A stretch of 64,000 nucleotides of DNA from Lama guanicoe (taxonomy: Eukaryota), in NCBI GenBank assembly GCA_013239625.1, contig MU055549.1, forward strand, positions 744,001 through 808,000, in the 5' to 3' direction. This document shows, one piece after another, positions 22,879 through 34,859 of this stretch (the stretch's first letter is position 1; each line of letters opens with the position of its first letter). The notes beneath the pieces are model-generated. The model saw only the letters and a list, made by a program, of their open reading frames with translations. It had not been told where the DNA came from and made no database searches. A program made the position numbers and the translations under genes.

Positions 22879-24794
22879 CGTGGGGCCGGCGTGCCCCCTC
22901 CCGGCCTGACCCGGCTCCGAGGGAAATGCGGCCTGCAAAGCTTTACAGGGGATTAAGCCAGGAAGGCGGGCCGCCTTCGGAGCCTCCTCGCTGTCTCCCC
23001 GCGTCCACGCCGGCCCGCAGACAATGTTCCCAGAGGTTCCCAGCGCCGTGAATGGGGCACTGTTGGTGGCAGAGTCCATTCAAAGGGCCAGCGTGGCATT
23101 GTCCTCCCGGTCGGCAGTGCAGAATGCAGTCTGCTGGTGGCTGCCAAAAGGTTAGCTTCCGCGATGAAAGGGCGCCCGTCAGTCACCGCGCTGCAGAGCG
23201 GCCCTTTGTGCGGGCAGCCGCCCCGCGCGGCGGAGGTCCGGATCCGCGGCTGGCTGCGCGCCCCACCGGAGCGGCTCATGGGAACGCAGGGCCGCAGGGA
23301 AGTGCCGGACCCCCCGCCCCTCTGATGGCCTGACCGGTCCGGGAGACCAGCACCCCAGCCAAGCGGCCCCGGGGAGGCCAGTCTGGCCGCTGCGAGGTGG
23401 CCCCTCCGGGGAGGGCTGCTGCCGAGTCTGCTGGAACCGCACCCCTCCCTGCCCCTGAACTGAGGCAGCTGTCCCCACCAGCGCCAGTGCACCCTCCCCC
23501 AGCGCTGTGCCAGCGGGGGCAGAGCTGCAGTTGTGACAACCTGGGGCCTCAGCACAGACTGGGTGACGCTAGCACCTGCCCCCGGGAGGTCTCGAGAGAC
23601 AGTGACCAGTGGATAAGCCGCCCCGAATGGCAGTCCTGGTCAGCTTGAGGGGACAAAGCTCTGGGCCCTACAGGTGCATGTGGGCCAAACCCCCGGCGTC
23701 GGGCCGAGAGCAGGTTCAGGCTCGGGTCTGCCCGGCCCCTCCACCGCCTCGGACGCCACTCATACCCCAGCCCAGCTCCATGCACGCCAGGAAGGCGGCG
23801 TGAGGCCAAGCCCTCGGTGCAGGAGTAGCCGCAGAAGCTAGCAGACCCCGCGGCCCCATCGTGGGTCCTCCGCGTGGGCCTCGGGGTGGGCTGGGACGGG
23901 CTGAGGGGCCTGACCTCAGGGCCCCGGAGGTGGGCTGACGGCCACCGCCTCATCCGCACGGGGACACGCTCCCCGCCTTACCCCCGTCCAGAGCACGTCC
24001 CGGCCGAGTGCGTGCACGGAGGGGACAGGCACATCTCAGGGCCCAGGGGGCGGGAAGGCGCTGGGCTGAGGACTCAATTGAACGGGGCGGGGAGGTGAGC
24101 CAGCCGGGCTCCAGCAAAGGGCCCGTTTGCAAAACAAGACCAAACACAGCCTGTTAATTGGGTGTGTGGGGCTGCCTTTCATTTCCAGATGACAGCCCCT
24201 CAGAGCTAACCCCAGGGAGGGTCAAACGAGACCACTGCAGACAGACAGAGGGCCCCAGAGGGCCCCGTGGGAGGGTCCTGAAAACCAGCTGTGATGGGGT
24301 AGGGGGGCTGGGAGCCTGGGTCGGAGGCGGGAGCAGCTCCCCCACCCTGGAGACCACTGAGGCTGACTCCCCTCTGACTAGAGGCCCCCGGCCAGATCCA
24401 GGAAGCCGGGCAGAGCGAGGAGGGAGGCCGTGCTCACCCGGGCTGGCAGCAGGAGCCTCGCGGAGCAGACCCCACACAGCCGCTGCTCCGAGGCGCAGAG
24501 CCTGGGGAGACCCCAGGAGCTCCGGTCTCTGAGCTGAGGCCAGAGGAGGTGCTGCAGCTGAGCTTCATCTGCCTCGGTCCCTCTTCCCCCGAAACGGAAA
24601 AGCAGGTGAGGCCACCCAGCCTTCAGCGTGTCTGGGTGGGGCCTCATGAGCCTGGGGCGGGGTCAGCGTTTGTGCATCCCCCGTGGGCTTGACCTTTGCA
24701 AGTTTCGTACTTTTGGTAAACAGGAAAAGGCAAACTAGGAGAAGTGGCTTTGAAGAACGAGTGTCAGTCCTCCCGGAGGCGGGCGGGCACCTAC

Positions 24795-24914
24795 CTGTCC
24801 AGCACGTAGCCCAGGGCCTTGCGCCGGATGCCCGAGTACACCGAGGGGCTCGTCTCCCAGGCCACCAGATTGGACGCATCGTGGAAAAGGTGGATGTTCA
24901 CCAAGTCAAAGGCA
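24795..24914 (-). CDS. INPP5A: INPP5A exon 8, 120 nt, (C)AFDLVNIHLFHDASNLVAWETSPSVYSGIRRKALGYVLD(R)
   Basis: ccctccctctgtccctgcag|TGCCTTTGAC...GACAG|gtaggt. It contains the NxHL motif of the 5-phosphatase/EEP fold and has phase 2-2. I translated it by hand because it is not shown in this frame in the ORF track. Confidence 0.97.
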
Positions 24915-26437
24915 CTGCAGGGACAGAGGGAGGGCTCATGGCGAGGGGCTCAGAGGGGCTGGCGCCGCTGGGTCACCCAGGGAGGCCCCCACGCTGTCCT
25001 CCTGGCTCCCAAGGGCACCCCGCATGCCCGTCCCCCTCAGCCGCGCCAGGCTGCCCAGGGCATGTCCTCCTCTGGTCAGAGGAGGACACACGAGACCCTG
25101 CACGCAGGCTCTCAGTGTTACAAACACAGCAGCTCACTGGATGGCAAGGGAACTGTTTCTCTAAAGCAAAGAACTTACACACGACCCCAGAAACTTCCTT
25201 CGAGCTGTGGGCTAACATGGGGGTGGGGGGATGGGGGAGTCACCTCCCCAGGCCTTGGCTCCCTCCTGGGTGGCTGCTGGTGCAGCCTGGAGCCACCCCT
25301 GTCCAGCAGCGCTCACTGTAGGCGGACCCCGTGACATGGGGGCACTGAGTGATTCATTTCACTCCCAAGAAGAAGCCCCTAGCTCACAGAACCTGGAAGA
25401 CCCTTGGGGAAACAGCAGGGCACTGCTGGCCTGGCTTCTCAGGGAGATGGTGAGGCCGGATTCAGCCCAGTCAGCCTCTCCACACCCCAGGGCCCCTGGG
25501 CATCGCTGGGGCATGTCTGCCACACAGTGAGTGGTGCCTTGGGGGCGCCCCATGCCACCCGCAGAGTTGGGACCACTGGGCCCGAGACCCAGCGGGACAC
25601 ATCTGCAGAGCTGGCAGCAGCCCCCTGTGCCCTCCCATGCCGCGCCTGGGCCTGCGGGACTGACCACACAGGCTCAAGCGGGCGGTCGGGTCCTGGAGGC
25701 TGCAGCTGGCTCGAGCTCCCTCCTGCTCTCTCATGCTCTAGGATCCCCGTTCCAGGGAACACCCCAACCCTTGAGGCCCCAGTGAGGGGCCTGTGTGGAC
25801 ATACATAGCAGGGGCAGCTGAGGGCCCAGCTGCGGTCAGCCAGCGTCAGGACGGCCATCTCCCCAGGGCCTGCAGGGGGCAACACCCCTACTCCAGCCAC
25901 TCCAGGACCTCGCTGTGCAGAGCACGGCCTTGGGACCAGCAGAGCCCAGCCACAGGTGCTGCACGCAGGTCAGGACAGCAGGGAGCAGTTTTCAAGGGTT
26001 CCTGTCCCGGGAGAAGACAGGCGTGCACCATGGAGGGTGCCCCCCAGGAAGGCCATGCCGGGGATCCCCATGTCAGCAAGGGTCCTGCCTCACCTGTGCT
26101 CCATGCCCCACAGAACCCCACTTCCTGCAGCTGGACGCAGCGCAGTAGGACGACCAGAAGGAGGGGTCTGGGGAGCCCTGCACCAGCTCTTGGCTCTCGA
26201 GGGGGCTCCCAGGGAGGAGGGCAGGGGCAGGTGGATGTGAGCACCAGAACACCGGAGTTACAGGGACCAGGTGACAGTGCTCTGTGCCACATGGAGTCGC
26301 CAGAACAAGGAGGGTCAAGAGCGGAGAGTAGGGTGGAGCAGCCTCTGACGGATGTCCAAGCCACACACCACTTGTGCCCAGTCCGAAAGGGGAACGTCCC
26401 GGGAGCCGGGCACAGGCAAGGACCACAGGGAACGTAC

Positions 26438-26490
26438 CAGTCCGCCACGCACCACCTCGTCCGGATGAAGCCTTTCCTTGACCACTTGCA
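26438..26490 (-). CDS. INPP5A: INPP5A exon 7, 53 nt, CKWSRKGFIRTRWCVAD(C)
   Basis: cctgtttatttttcag|TGCAAGTGG...GACTG|gtacgt. The peptide is visible inside ORF 25888..26553 and contains the conserved KG motif of inositol 5-phosphatases. Confidence 0.97.
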
Positions 26491-28799
26491 CTGAAAAATA
26501 AACAGGTGACACTTGTAAGTGGCCGACAGAGAAGGAGGCCCCACGGCTCCCACGCAGTTGGGGCACCTGCCGTGCTTTCCAGTCGGATGAGGTCAGCCGC
26601 TCTCTCCGCGCAGGGCGCCTGCTGGCTCGCTGCTCTGGCTCAGCCACAGGCAGGAAGGGGCCGAGGGACAAGGCCACCACCGTCCTCTACCCACCACTGC
26701 CCAGGCTGGAGAGAGGCCCAGGGACGCAGCCAGCCGGGCACGTGGGGAGCCTGGCTGGGGGGAAGGACGCCGGGGCGGCAGCTCCGCAGGACGGGCGTGC
26801 GGGGTGCCCTGGGGACAGTGTGGGGGCCACGTGACAGGCTGTCAGGCCTGGCAGGTGACAGCACGTGCTGACGGGGACGGGACTGCACGCGGCCCCGCGG
26901 AGGCCGCTTCCCGCAGGGCCCACCCCCAGCGGTGCTCCAGGCCTGTAGTCTCATCGCCCGAAGAGAACCTCGTGGGGCCCTACAGACAGAGGGGGGGTCA
27001 AAGGAACCCCACATTTACTTCTGCTCCATTTTCTTATCCTCTTCCCCCAAAAAGAACCTTACTTGGAGAGCCTGGGAGAAGGGTCACTGAGCACCCCCAC
27101 CTGGTCTTGTTGTTCACGAGAGGACAGAGGGGGCACGTCCGCCACTGGGCTGGTACCTGCCCTGTCCTGGGTCCATGACCATCCTGCCCCCTGGTGCTCA
27201 CGCGGGGCAGGGTGGGGCGAGGTGGGAGGAAGGGGTGCGGCCCACAGCCCAGCAGGACGCTCCGTGAAGATGGATGCTGTGGGTCAGGCTGCCTGACTAG
27301 GGAGCCGCTGGACCCTGGGCCACGGAGCCCTGAGGATAGAGAGCGGGAGAGGTCGCAGTGACCCTGGTGCCCTCGTACACGTTTGGAAACCAGAAACCAC
27401 TGCACAGGGCAGCCCTGACTCTGCTCAGGGCGAGCCTCCAGGAGCGGGGACACAGCCGCGAGCCCCAGAGAAGCCGTGCGGGTGGCGGGTGGGCGCACCC
27501 ACTGGAGGGAGGCGGGAGGGCAGTGCAGAGACCGGGCAGCGGGCACCACCCACCAGGGGCCAACCACTGTGTCCTGCATCCCCCGCCTCGCCCAGCCAGC
27601 CCTTCGCAGAAATGGGCAGCGAGGAGCTCGCACCCCAGCAGGGACGTCCGGGAGGCTGCTCCCAGCCAGCACCAGCCCCTGCCGGCCCCCGCTTCCCCAG
27701 GAGGGGCCCTGCACCAGGGGTCAAGTCGGCTGTCCCCGCCCCCGCCCCTCCTGGACTCTAACCAGAAAGGCCGGGACACCTGAAGGATGTGCCTCTGGGG
27801 CTGCATCACCAGGCCCCGCCCCAGGCACGGCTGTGAAGCCCCCACACCTTCAAGTGCACACCACCCAGGACCCCTCCTGCCACAAAACCAGTCACCGCAG
27901 GAGGACTTCTTTCACTCTTCACTCTCAGAAGCAAAAACTTCCCAACTCCCTGCTGGCTCCTTCCCTCCAGGCACCCCCAGCTCACCAGACACCAGCCTCT
28001 GCAGCCGGCACCCACCCCACCCCACACGCCCTGCCAGGACAGTCCCTGGCTGACTATACACACGAGGTCCATTTCTCCCGCTGGGACTCGAGCTCACAGG
28101 CTGGGGTCCCCCGGCACCAGGAGTGAACACGTGCCCTGGGGGCACCGTGTGGCACCGTGGGGAACAGGTGAGGACACCGGCCCCCCACCTCCATCCAGAG
28201 GGCGGAATCCACTTTCCAAACTGCTGGACCCTCATTCCCCGGCTTGGACCGTGAGGCCTCAGGGATCACGACTGGGGCCACATTGGGGTGGGGGGTGGGC
28301 AAGAACACCCCCAGGCACCAGAAGGTACAGGCGGCTTTCCCACCAGGTGACTGCCCGCTGTGGCTTACCCACACACTCTGCCTGAAACCCACATGCACAG
28401 GGGCACAGTCACCCGCACGTGTAAACACACACTGTCCCGCCTCCCCCCACCGCCCTCCTGGCACGCGTCTGGGGGGCACACAGATGGGAAACCCGGGGCC
28501 TCTGCATAGGTCCTCATGCTCGACTACACAAGGGCCCACAGAAGTTTCTGGACGTAGACGCTTGTTGCAGATGGAGGCGGAGTGCGTACAGGGTAGCAGG
28601 TCTGACTCTGCGCCTTTCCGTCTACGTCCCCAAGCTCTCTGGTCATCGGCCACCTTCAGAAATCATCCAGGGCTCCAGGCGACCGCAGAGGAGATGGTAG
28701 TGGCCGAGGTGCCCCCGGGGGTGCCCACCCCAACCCTGGCAGAGGTCACCACCGCTGGAGTGAAGACCATGTCACGTTGGGGGGGGGGGCTGCCGCATC

Positions 28800-29370
28800 G
28801 TTCACCTTACAATATTAAGTCTCTGCTCAGATCCCTTGTTAATAGGGTTCCTTTAGCCAGGAGATGGATTGCGAATACGGGCGGTTTCATCTACTAAAAG
28901 ACGGCATAAATCACAGGGAGCAAAGGCAGGCTGCAGGAAGGTTATCAGCACACAGCCTCCCTGTGAAAGGCCCGCTTTGGAGCATTAGTGGAATTAATTC
29001 ATCTTTCATAAGAGCTTGGAGCGGTCCCTGTGATCTATGGTAACAACCAATTTCTCACTACGGGCAAGAGGAAAAAATGCCTTGGCCCTGATCGACTACA
29101 CAAATCTGCTTTTTAAAAATGGTCTCACATTATCTGGAGTGCTGCTCCCAGAGGCAGCATTTGAAACCCATGTCGAGCCCAGAGAACCTATAGATCAGCA
29201 GGGAGAGCTTTGTTAGTTTTATATGCAGCGGCTGGGATTATCTGGAATCGCATTATGCTTCCATCATGGTAATTACATTTAGATTATCCTTAAGTGATGG
29301 TAATAAAAGAAAGAGAAATCGGTCTTAGACTAATTCCCTCCCCCAAAATGTGTTCAAACAAAGCTAAAGG
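28800..29370. promoter_or_regulatory. Candidate intronic enhancer (non-repetitive AT-richer island)
   Basis: CATAAATCA (PBX-HOX-like TGATTTATG on the minus strand), GAATTAATTC palindrome, GGATTA and GTAATTAC. Conservation not tested. Confidence 0.45.
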
Positions 29371-32300
29371 ACGGTCCGCGGGCCGGCAGGAGGGCGGGGG
29401 CCGAGCTGCCCCAGCGCCACCCCCGGTGCCACGGTCCCCCCAGGCCACGCGAGGCAGGGGCCGCCAGCAAAGACACGGACAGTCAGTCCCCGCAACGGCG
29501 GTGGAGCTCCACACACCTGAGAAATGTCTCACTGTTGACAGAACACGAGAAGCACCTGTGTTTCTCAGTGAGATTTTCCTTCTGTTCATCTATCAGGATG
29601 CAAGGAAGACGGGCGCCCCCAGACACCCGCCGCCAGGCCCTGGGCCGCACGCAGTCGGGGCAGCTTCCAGCGGCAACGTCACTTTGAGCCAGGGCCCCGG
29701 GGGGTCACCTAGTCCCAGCAGCACGCTGCTCTCCAGTCGGGGGACCAGGGTCCACCCGGTGACACCCCAACCCCTTCCTTACGGAGCTGCATCCCCCTCT
29801 GCCTGCGGGCAGGAAGTGTGGCCCCGGAGCAGGTCTGCGGGCAGCTCCGCCCCCTCACGTCTGCCCCCCGGAACCAGCCAGCACCTCAGGGGGATGCACA
29901 CTGGCCACCCCAGGCCCCTGCCCAGGGAGGGATGGAGGCCGGAGCCTCAGGGGGTGGGGGGCGAGGGGCTGGACACTTTCTCTGGGAGAAGCTGCCTCCT
30001 CCGTGGGGCTCCCTTCTGCACACACAGTGACTGGCACAGAAGCCTCTTACAGCTCTTGGCTGACGGACACTGGGAGCCTCCGGCGACCCTAGCTCCCGAG
30101 GCCGCAGGTGCAGGGGGAGGACCCTGAATTCTGGAGTCCCTGGTGAGTACGAGAGGACAAGGGACCCGGGTGGGCTGTGGGAGATCCCGGGGCAGCCAGG
30201 CCGCATGGAGGGTCCACCTGGTGCCGGGTCACCAAGTGCGCCCCCGCCCTCGGGGGCCAGCACAGTGGGATCGACTTCCCAGGCACCAGGCGGCCTCTGG
30301 GTGGGCAGCAGCCTCAACTGCTTGGGGGGCTACCTCAAAAGCCCTGCTCCCAGCCCGCGAATCCTCACACCACACAGCCCGGGTCCCTGGGATCGCTCTG
30401 CCCGGCCCTGGCTGCCCAGCCCCAGCGCTGACCCGGGTATGGCCGGCCTCGTGGCCTCCCCATTCAGCCCTGCCTTCCCTCCCAGGTGCCTGTGGCCCTC
30501 ACCGTCCTGTGTCCAGCTCTCTCCAAGGGCCCGCCGCCCACCCTGTGTCCCTCCCTGTTGACCCGTCAGGCACCTCAGCCCACCCCCAGGTCAGGTGAGG
30601 GCCCCCACTGGGCTGGCATTAGACCCCTGGGTGAGGAGGGAAGAGCCAGGGTCATCTGCGGTCTCCAGTCCAGTGGTGGGGGAGGCGGGCAGGCCCGAGG
30701 GGAGCCTGGAGGCCTCTCACTCTGTGGGTGCTGGGTCATCGGCCTGAGGAGAACCAGGACCCTGGACATCGGCAGTGGCATCACGGGACCCTCTTTGGAC
30801 AAGATGCTTAAGTACCAGAGCTCAGGGCTGCCCCAAACTGCCCCAGGGGACCTCTTTCCGCTTGCTCTCCCACTATAAGGTGCTGGCGTCCAGGAACGGC
30901 CGAGCCCTGACCTTGTGGTGTGCAGCCCTGCCCCCACCCTGGCTTCCCTCCAGCTCGCACTCCTTTCACTGGGGCCCTGGTCACTGTCAGGCCGAGGTGA
31001 GTGCACACCAGTACCATCTGGATGGGGACTGGGACCAGGAGACCAGCAGGAACTGAAACTGAGTTCTCGGCCCTTGTCCTGTTCAAGGGGACCTCAGGCC
31101 CATCCTCCTGCTGGACACATCCATGGGCCACAGGGCTGAAACTCGGCCGCACTCGAGGAGGGTTCAGAACTGAAGCCTCTGGAACTTCCTGGCTGCTGCT
31201 CCTCTGACCTCGGGACGCAGCAAGGGGCGGGTAGGGGGAGCGGTGCTGAGGGGCAGGGACAGTGGAGGCCGGGGGAGGCCAGGACAGGAGGCGGGCCCCT
31301 GACACTGCGGCCTTGGCTGGGGGACAATGGATGAGGAAGCCGCGTCCCGGCGTGGAGACAGTGCCCATCCTTCACAGAGGCGCTGCAATCCCGTCCCTCC
31401 AGGATCAGGTCATAAAGCAAGTTAATAAAGTTGTGGCCTTGCTGAAATCAGGAGGGGCCCCTCTGCTGAGCGGCGGGCGATCCTCAGGCAGAGAGGACTC
31501 AGCATAGCCATCCTTCTTGGGGCCGAGAGCCTCCTCCTGACAAGGAGGCGGGCTGCGTGCGGACACCCAGCTGCCCCACCTCAGCGCCCAAAGGCTTCAG
31601 TCACAGTCCACATCCCAGCATGATTCAGGCACCGAGAGCCGGGGAAGCAGGGCTGAATCATTCAGCAACAGGAGACTCCAAAATGCTGGCTGTTAATAAC
31701 GTTTACTAAAAACACCAGAACCCAAAATGACGTATGCAGTGTGACGGCTCATAAAAGTGACAGAACTATCCACAAGCGCAGTAGAACCCAAGGGAAATAC
31801 GTTCAAGTTTCTGATTAACTGTGTCTGAGCAGGGGTAAGAGACGATCCCAGGGCCTTCCCTTGCCTGGAGAAGGTGCGCGGGGCAGGGGTGGGGGGCACA
31901 TGGGGCCCTGGCTCCAAGCCTGCAGTTGTGTCTCTTGGTGGCCACAGCCCCACACTGGCTTCACCTGTGAGAGTCGGGGGCTCACACCAGTACTCTAGGG
32001 GCGGGGAAGACCCCCCATGTGCCATGGCCCCGCACACCCCCGCTATCTGGTCATATAGTTTCACGGGCTGGATTGAGCCGCTCACACCAAGGTTTGCTGG
32101 GAGGACCCAGCACACTCCAGGCCCCAAATCAACCAATAATTCTTTTTCTACTTTTGGGGAAGGTTCCTTTGCCTGGAAACGAAGATTAGAAAATTTACCT
32201 ATGATGTAACAATAAACACCACGGACCCTCCCAGGCCTCACGTCAGACAGCCCAGAGGGGCCCGCACGGGTTTCAGGACCTCCGAGGAAGACAGAGCGCT

Positions 32301-32417
32301 GGAGGGTGGCAGCCGCCGCGGTGGGACCCCCACCACGCCCTAAATTCCACCTCCAACGTGGCCGCTCGGAAAGTGAGCGCGCTGGTGAGGAAGCGGCCGG
32401 CGGGGCGGGGCACGCAC

Positions 32418-32521
32418 CTCGGGGAAGTAGTCCTGCGGAAACTTCTCTTTTTCCAGCATGGGCGTGCTCTCCAGCGTGTCCGAGTAGATCTCCTTCCCGG
32501 TGACCTTTTTGTACTTCTTAG
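32418..32521 (-). CDS. INPP5A: INPP5A exon 6, 104 nt, (A)KKYKKVTGKEIYSDTLESTPMLEKEKFPQDYFPE
   Basis: ttcttccactcttttctag|CTAAGAAG...CCCGAG|gtgcgt. The peptide is visible inside ORF 32340..32813 and the phases are consistent with both neighbours. Confidence 0.97.
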
Positions 32522-32561
32522 CTAGAAAAGAGTGGAAGAACCCTGTGACCCAGCGCCACAG

Positions 32562-32622
32562 CCCCTTCAGCCGCTGAGGCCACCTGGGGTCCCCCTTCAG
32601 CCAGCTGAGGCCACCTGGGGTC
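32562..32622. repeat. Two-copy 30/31-bp tandem duplication
   Basis: ccccttcagccgctgaggccacctggggtc followed by ccccttcagccagctgaggccacctggggtc. Confidence 0.9.
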
Positions 32623-34859
32623 CCGGTCCCACCGGAGCAGTGAGGGAGGCCCGGGAGGAGGGCCTGACGAGGGCCACCGACCCCAGTCTGGCCAGTTGCT
32701 CCTGGGGACACGTGTGCCTCATAAATTCCCACCCCACGACCTGGAACCTGACAGTCCACTTCATTATCCCCTGAGAGCTTCCACCCTGCAGATTTACAGG
32801 GGCTAATTGGCATCCTCTGTTCAAACTGCGGCTATATTTAAAATGGCTATGGAGTTACCGTTCACTCCTGCTTAATATGAATTTATTTAATAACATCGAT
32901 TTTCTCCTCGATCCAGCCAACATCACTCACGCAGTGAAGAGGAGTTCACGTGGGGCGGGCGGGGGGAGAGGACAGCCGGCAGGGCAGTCGGGACCAGCGC
33001 CCCCACCCCTGCCCATGCTGGCCTGCCCAGTGCCCGTGGGGGGCCCCCTCCCTTCACCTGGCAGACCCCCTGCATGCAGGGCCTGGTCTGGTCCTTTTAC
33101 AGCCAGGCCTCGGGTTGTTTGTTTCCACAGACCGATATCCCTATGTCCACGGTGGGGTTTAATGAACAAATGAATGGATGCACGAGTCTGTTCCTCCAAC
33201 CCTCACTGGGCCTGGTGGGTGGAAGGCTGCCAGCTTCCCCCCAAGATGTGGGGCGGGGAGCCTGGGCAGCAGGTGGGCCAGCCAAGACCGCCACGGGGAG
33301 ATTCCAGCCCAGACCATGCCGGATGGTCCGCACCAAGGGTGAGATTCCTGGGGTGTCAGGAGGCCGCTGGTGTGGCCGTGGGGGTCACGCTCAGGCCCCA
33401 TGAGCAGCTCCACTGTAAGTTTCTGGGGGTACCGCCCACCCCGTGGGCCACTGAAGTGGGTGGAACAGCAATGATGAGACAGGGCAGGTCTTCTCAGTGA
33501 CTCGGGGGCAGGGGGCAGAGCACACGAAGTAGAGCTGTCTCCCTGTACCCACTGCTCCTCTGACCCTCCTCCTAAACCACGGAGACGAGCCACGGGGACG
33601 ACAGGTCCCCCGAGAGCCCCGCACCCGTGAGGCAGGAGGCTGGTGCCTGGGGAGGGGGGCACAGGCTTGTGTAAACAAACCAGGGACGCCGCCAAGCTGT
33701 GACCCATTCATAACCCCACCTGCGGCGTTTAATCACAGGAGCACTTACTGTAACCGCCCATCCATCTCCGCACAAGGACAGCATTTATCAAGCATCACCC
33801 GCAGGCGGCATCATGACGGGGAGGTGCACCGCTGTCACAGGCGCGGCACGTCCAGAGCTCCCCTCCTCGAGGCGGCAGGCCACCTAGACTCCGAGTGGGG
33901 AGCTGACCACTCCGGTGGGGGGCCACAGGCCCATCCCGCACAGACGCCACCTGCTTGCCCCACCAGTGACACAGCAGCCCTCACGCGGCTCCGGCCTGCA
34001 GGGTGGGCTCCCACCTGCCCGGCCCCCAGCCCTGCTTCTCACCAGCTCAAACAGCCCTTCCAGGCTCCTCCTGCACTGGGCGACACCAGGATGTCCGCTG
34101 AGCGTTGTGGGGCCGGGGCCAGAAGCTGGGGACACAGACAGCAGGCATGGCCTCAACCTCCTGGGAGCCCTGAGGACACGGCCACGGGAAGCAGACATGG
34201 GGCCCGGAGAGGGGACACAGATTGACACGGGACCTGGATGCCCCTGAGTGTGGCCACCAAGAGAGGCCTGAGCCGGGTCTTGCTGGGGGAGCTGAACTAG
34301 CCTCCAGGAAGGGGGAGTGCCCCTGTGGACAGAGGACGTGCCCCCGCCAGAGGGTGGAGGACAAGCAGTGCCACCTCGGGGGAGGTGGAGGGGAGCTCTG
34401 GAGCAGGGCGGAGCTGACAGCCAGCCTGGAGCCAGGAGGGCGGCCCTGGGCCCCCACTCGGCCTCTGCACAGGGCAGGGGGTGCGGGTGAGGGTCCAGCC
34501 CCAGCAGTGGCTGGCCTCTGCCCGGTTCCACGGGACACCTCTGCTCCTGGCCAGCCCCCTTGTCTCTGGAAGGGGCAGGGTCAGGCATCAGCACCACCGC
34601 AGGCGGCGCTACCTAATGGGGTGTGGCCTGGGCTGACCTGGGGGGGTCCCCGCCTGCAGGGGGAGTATTTATCCGACCTTCTAGAGCCCCCCTCACTAAC
34701 AGCCGTGGCCCAGCTTGAGTTCCACTGAGAATAAAGGATGTTCTCTCTGAAGGTCTGCTCAGGATGGGCTTCCTCGAGGCAAAGACCGTGTCATCACTGC
34801 AGCGCCCGGGGACGTCCTCAGGACAGACGCAGGCCCCCAGGGTGCGGGTGGGCGCAGCG

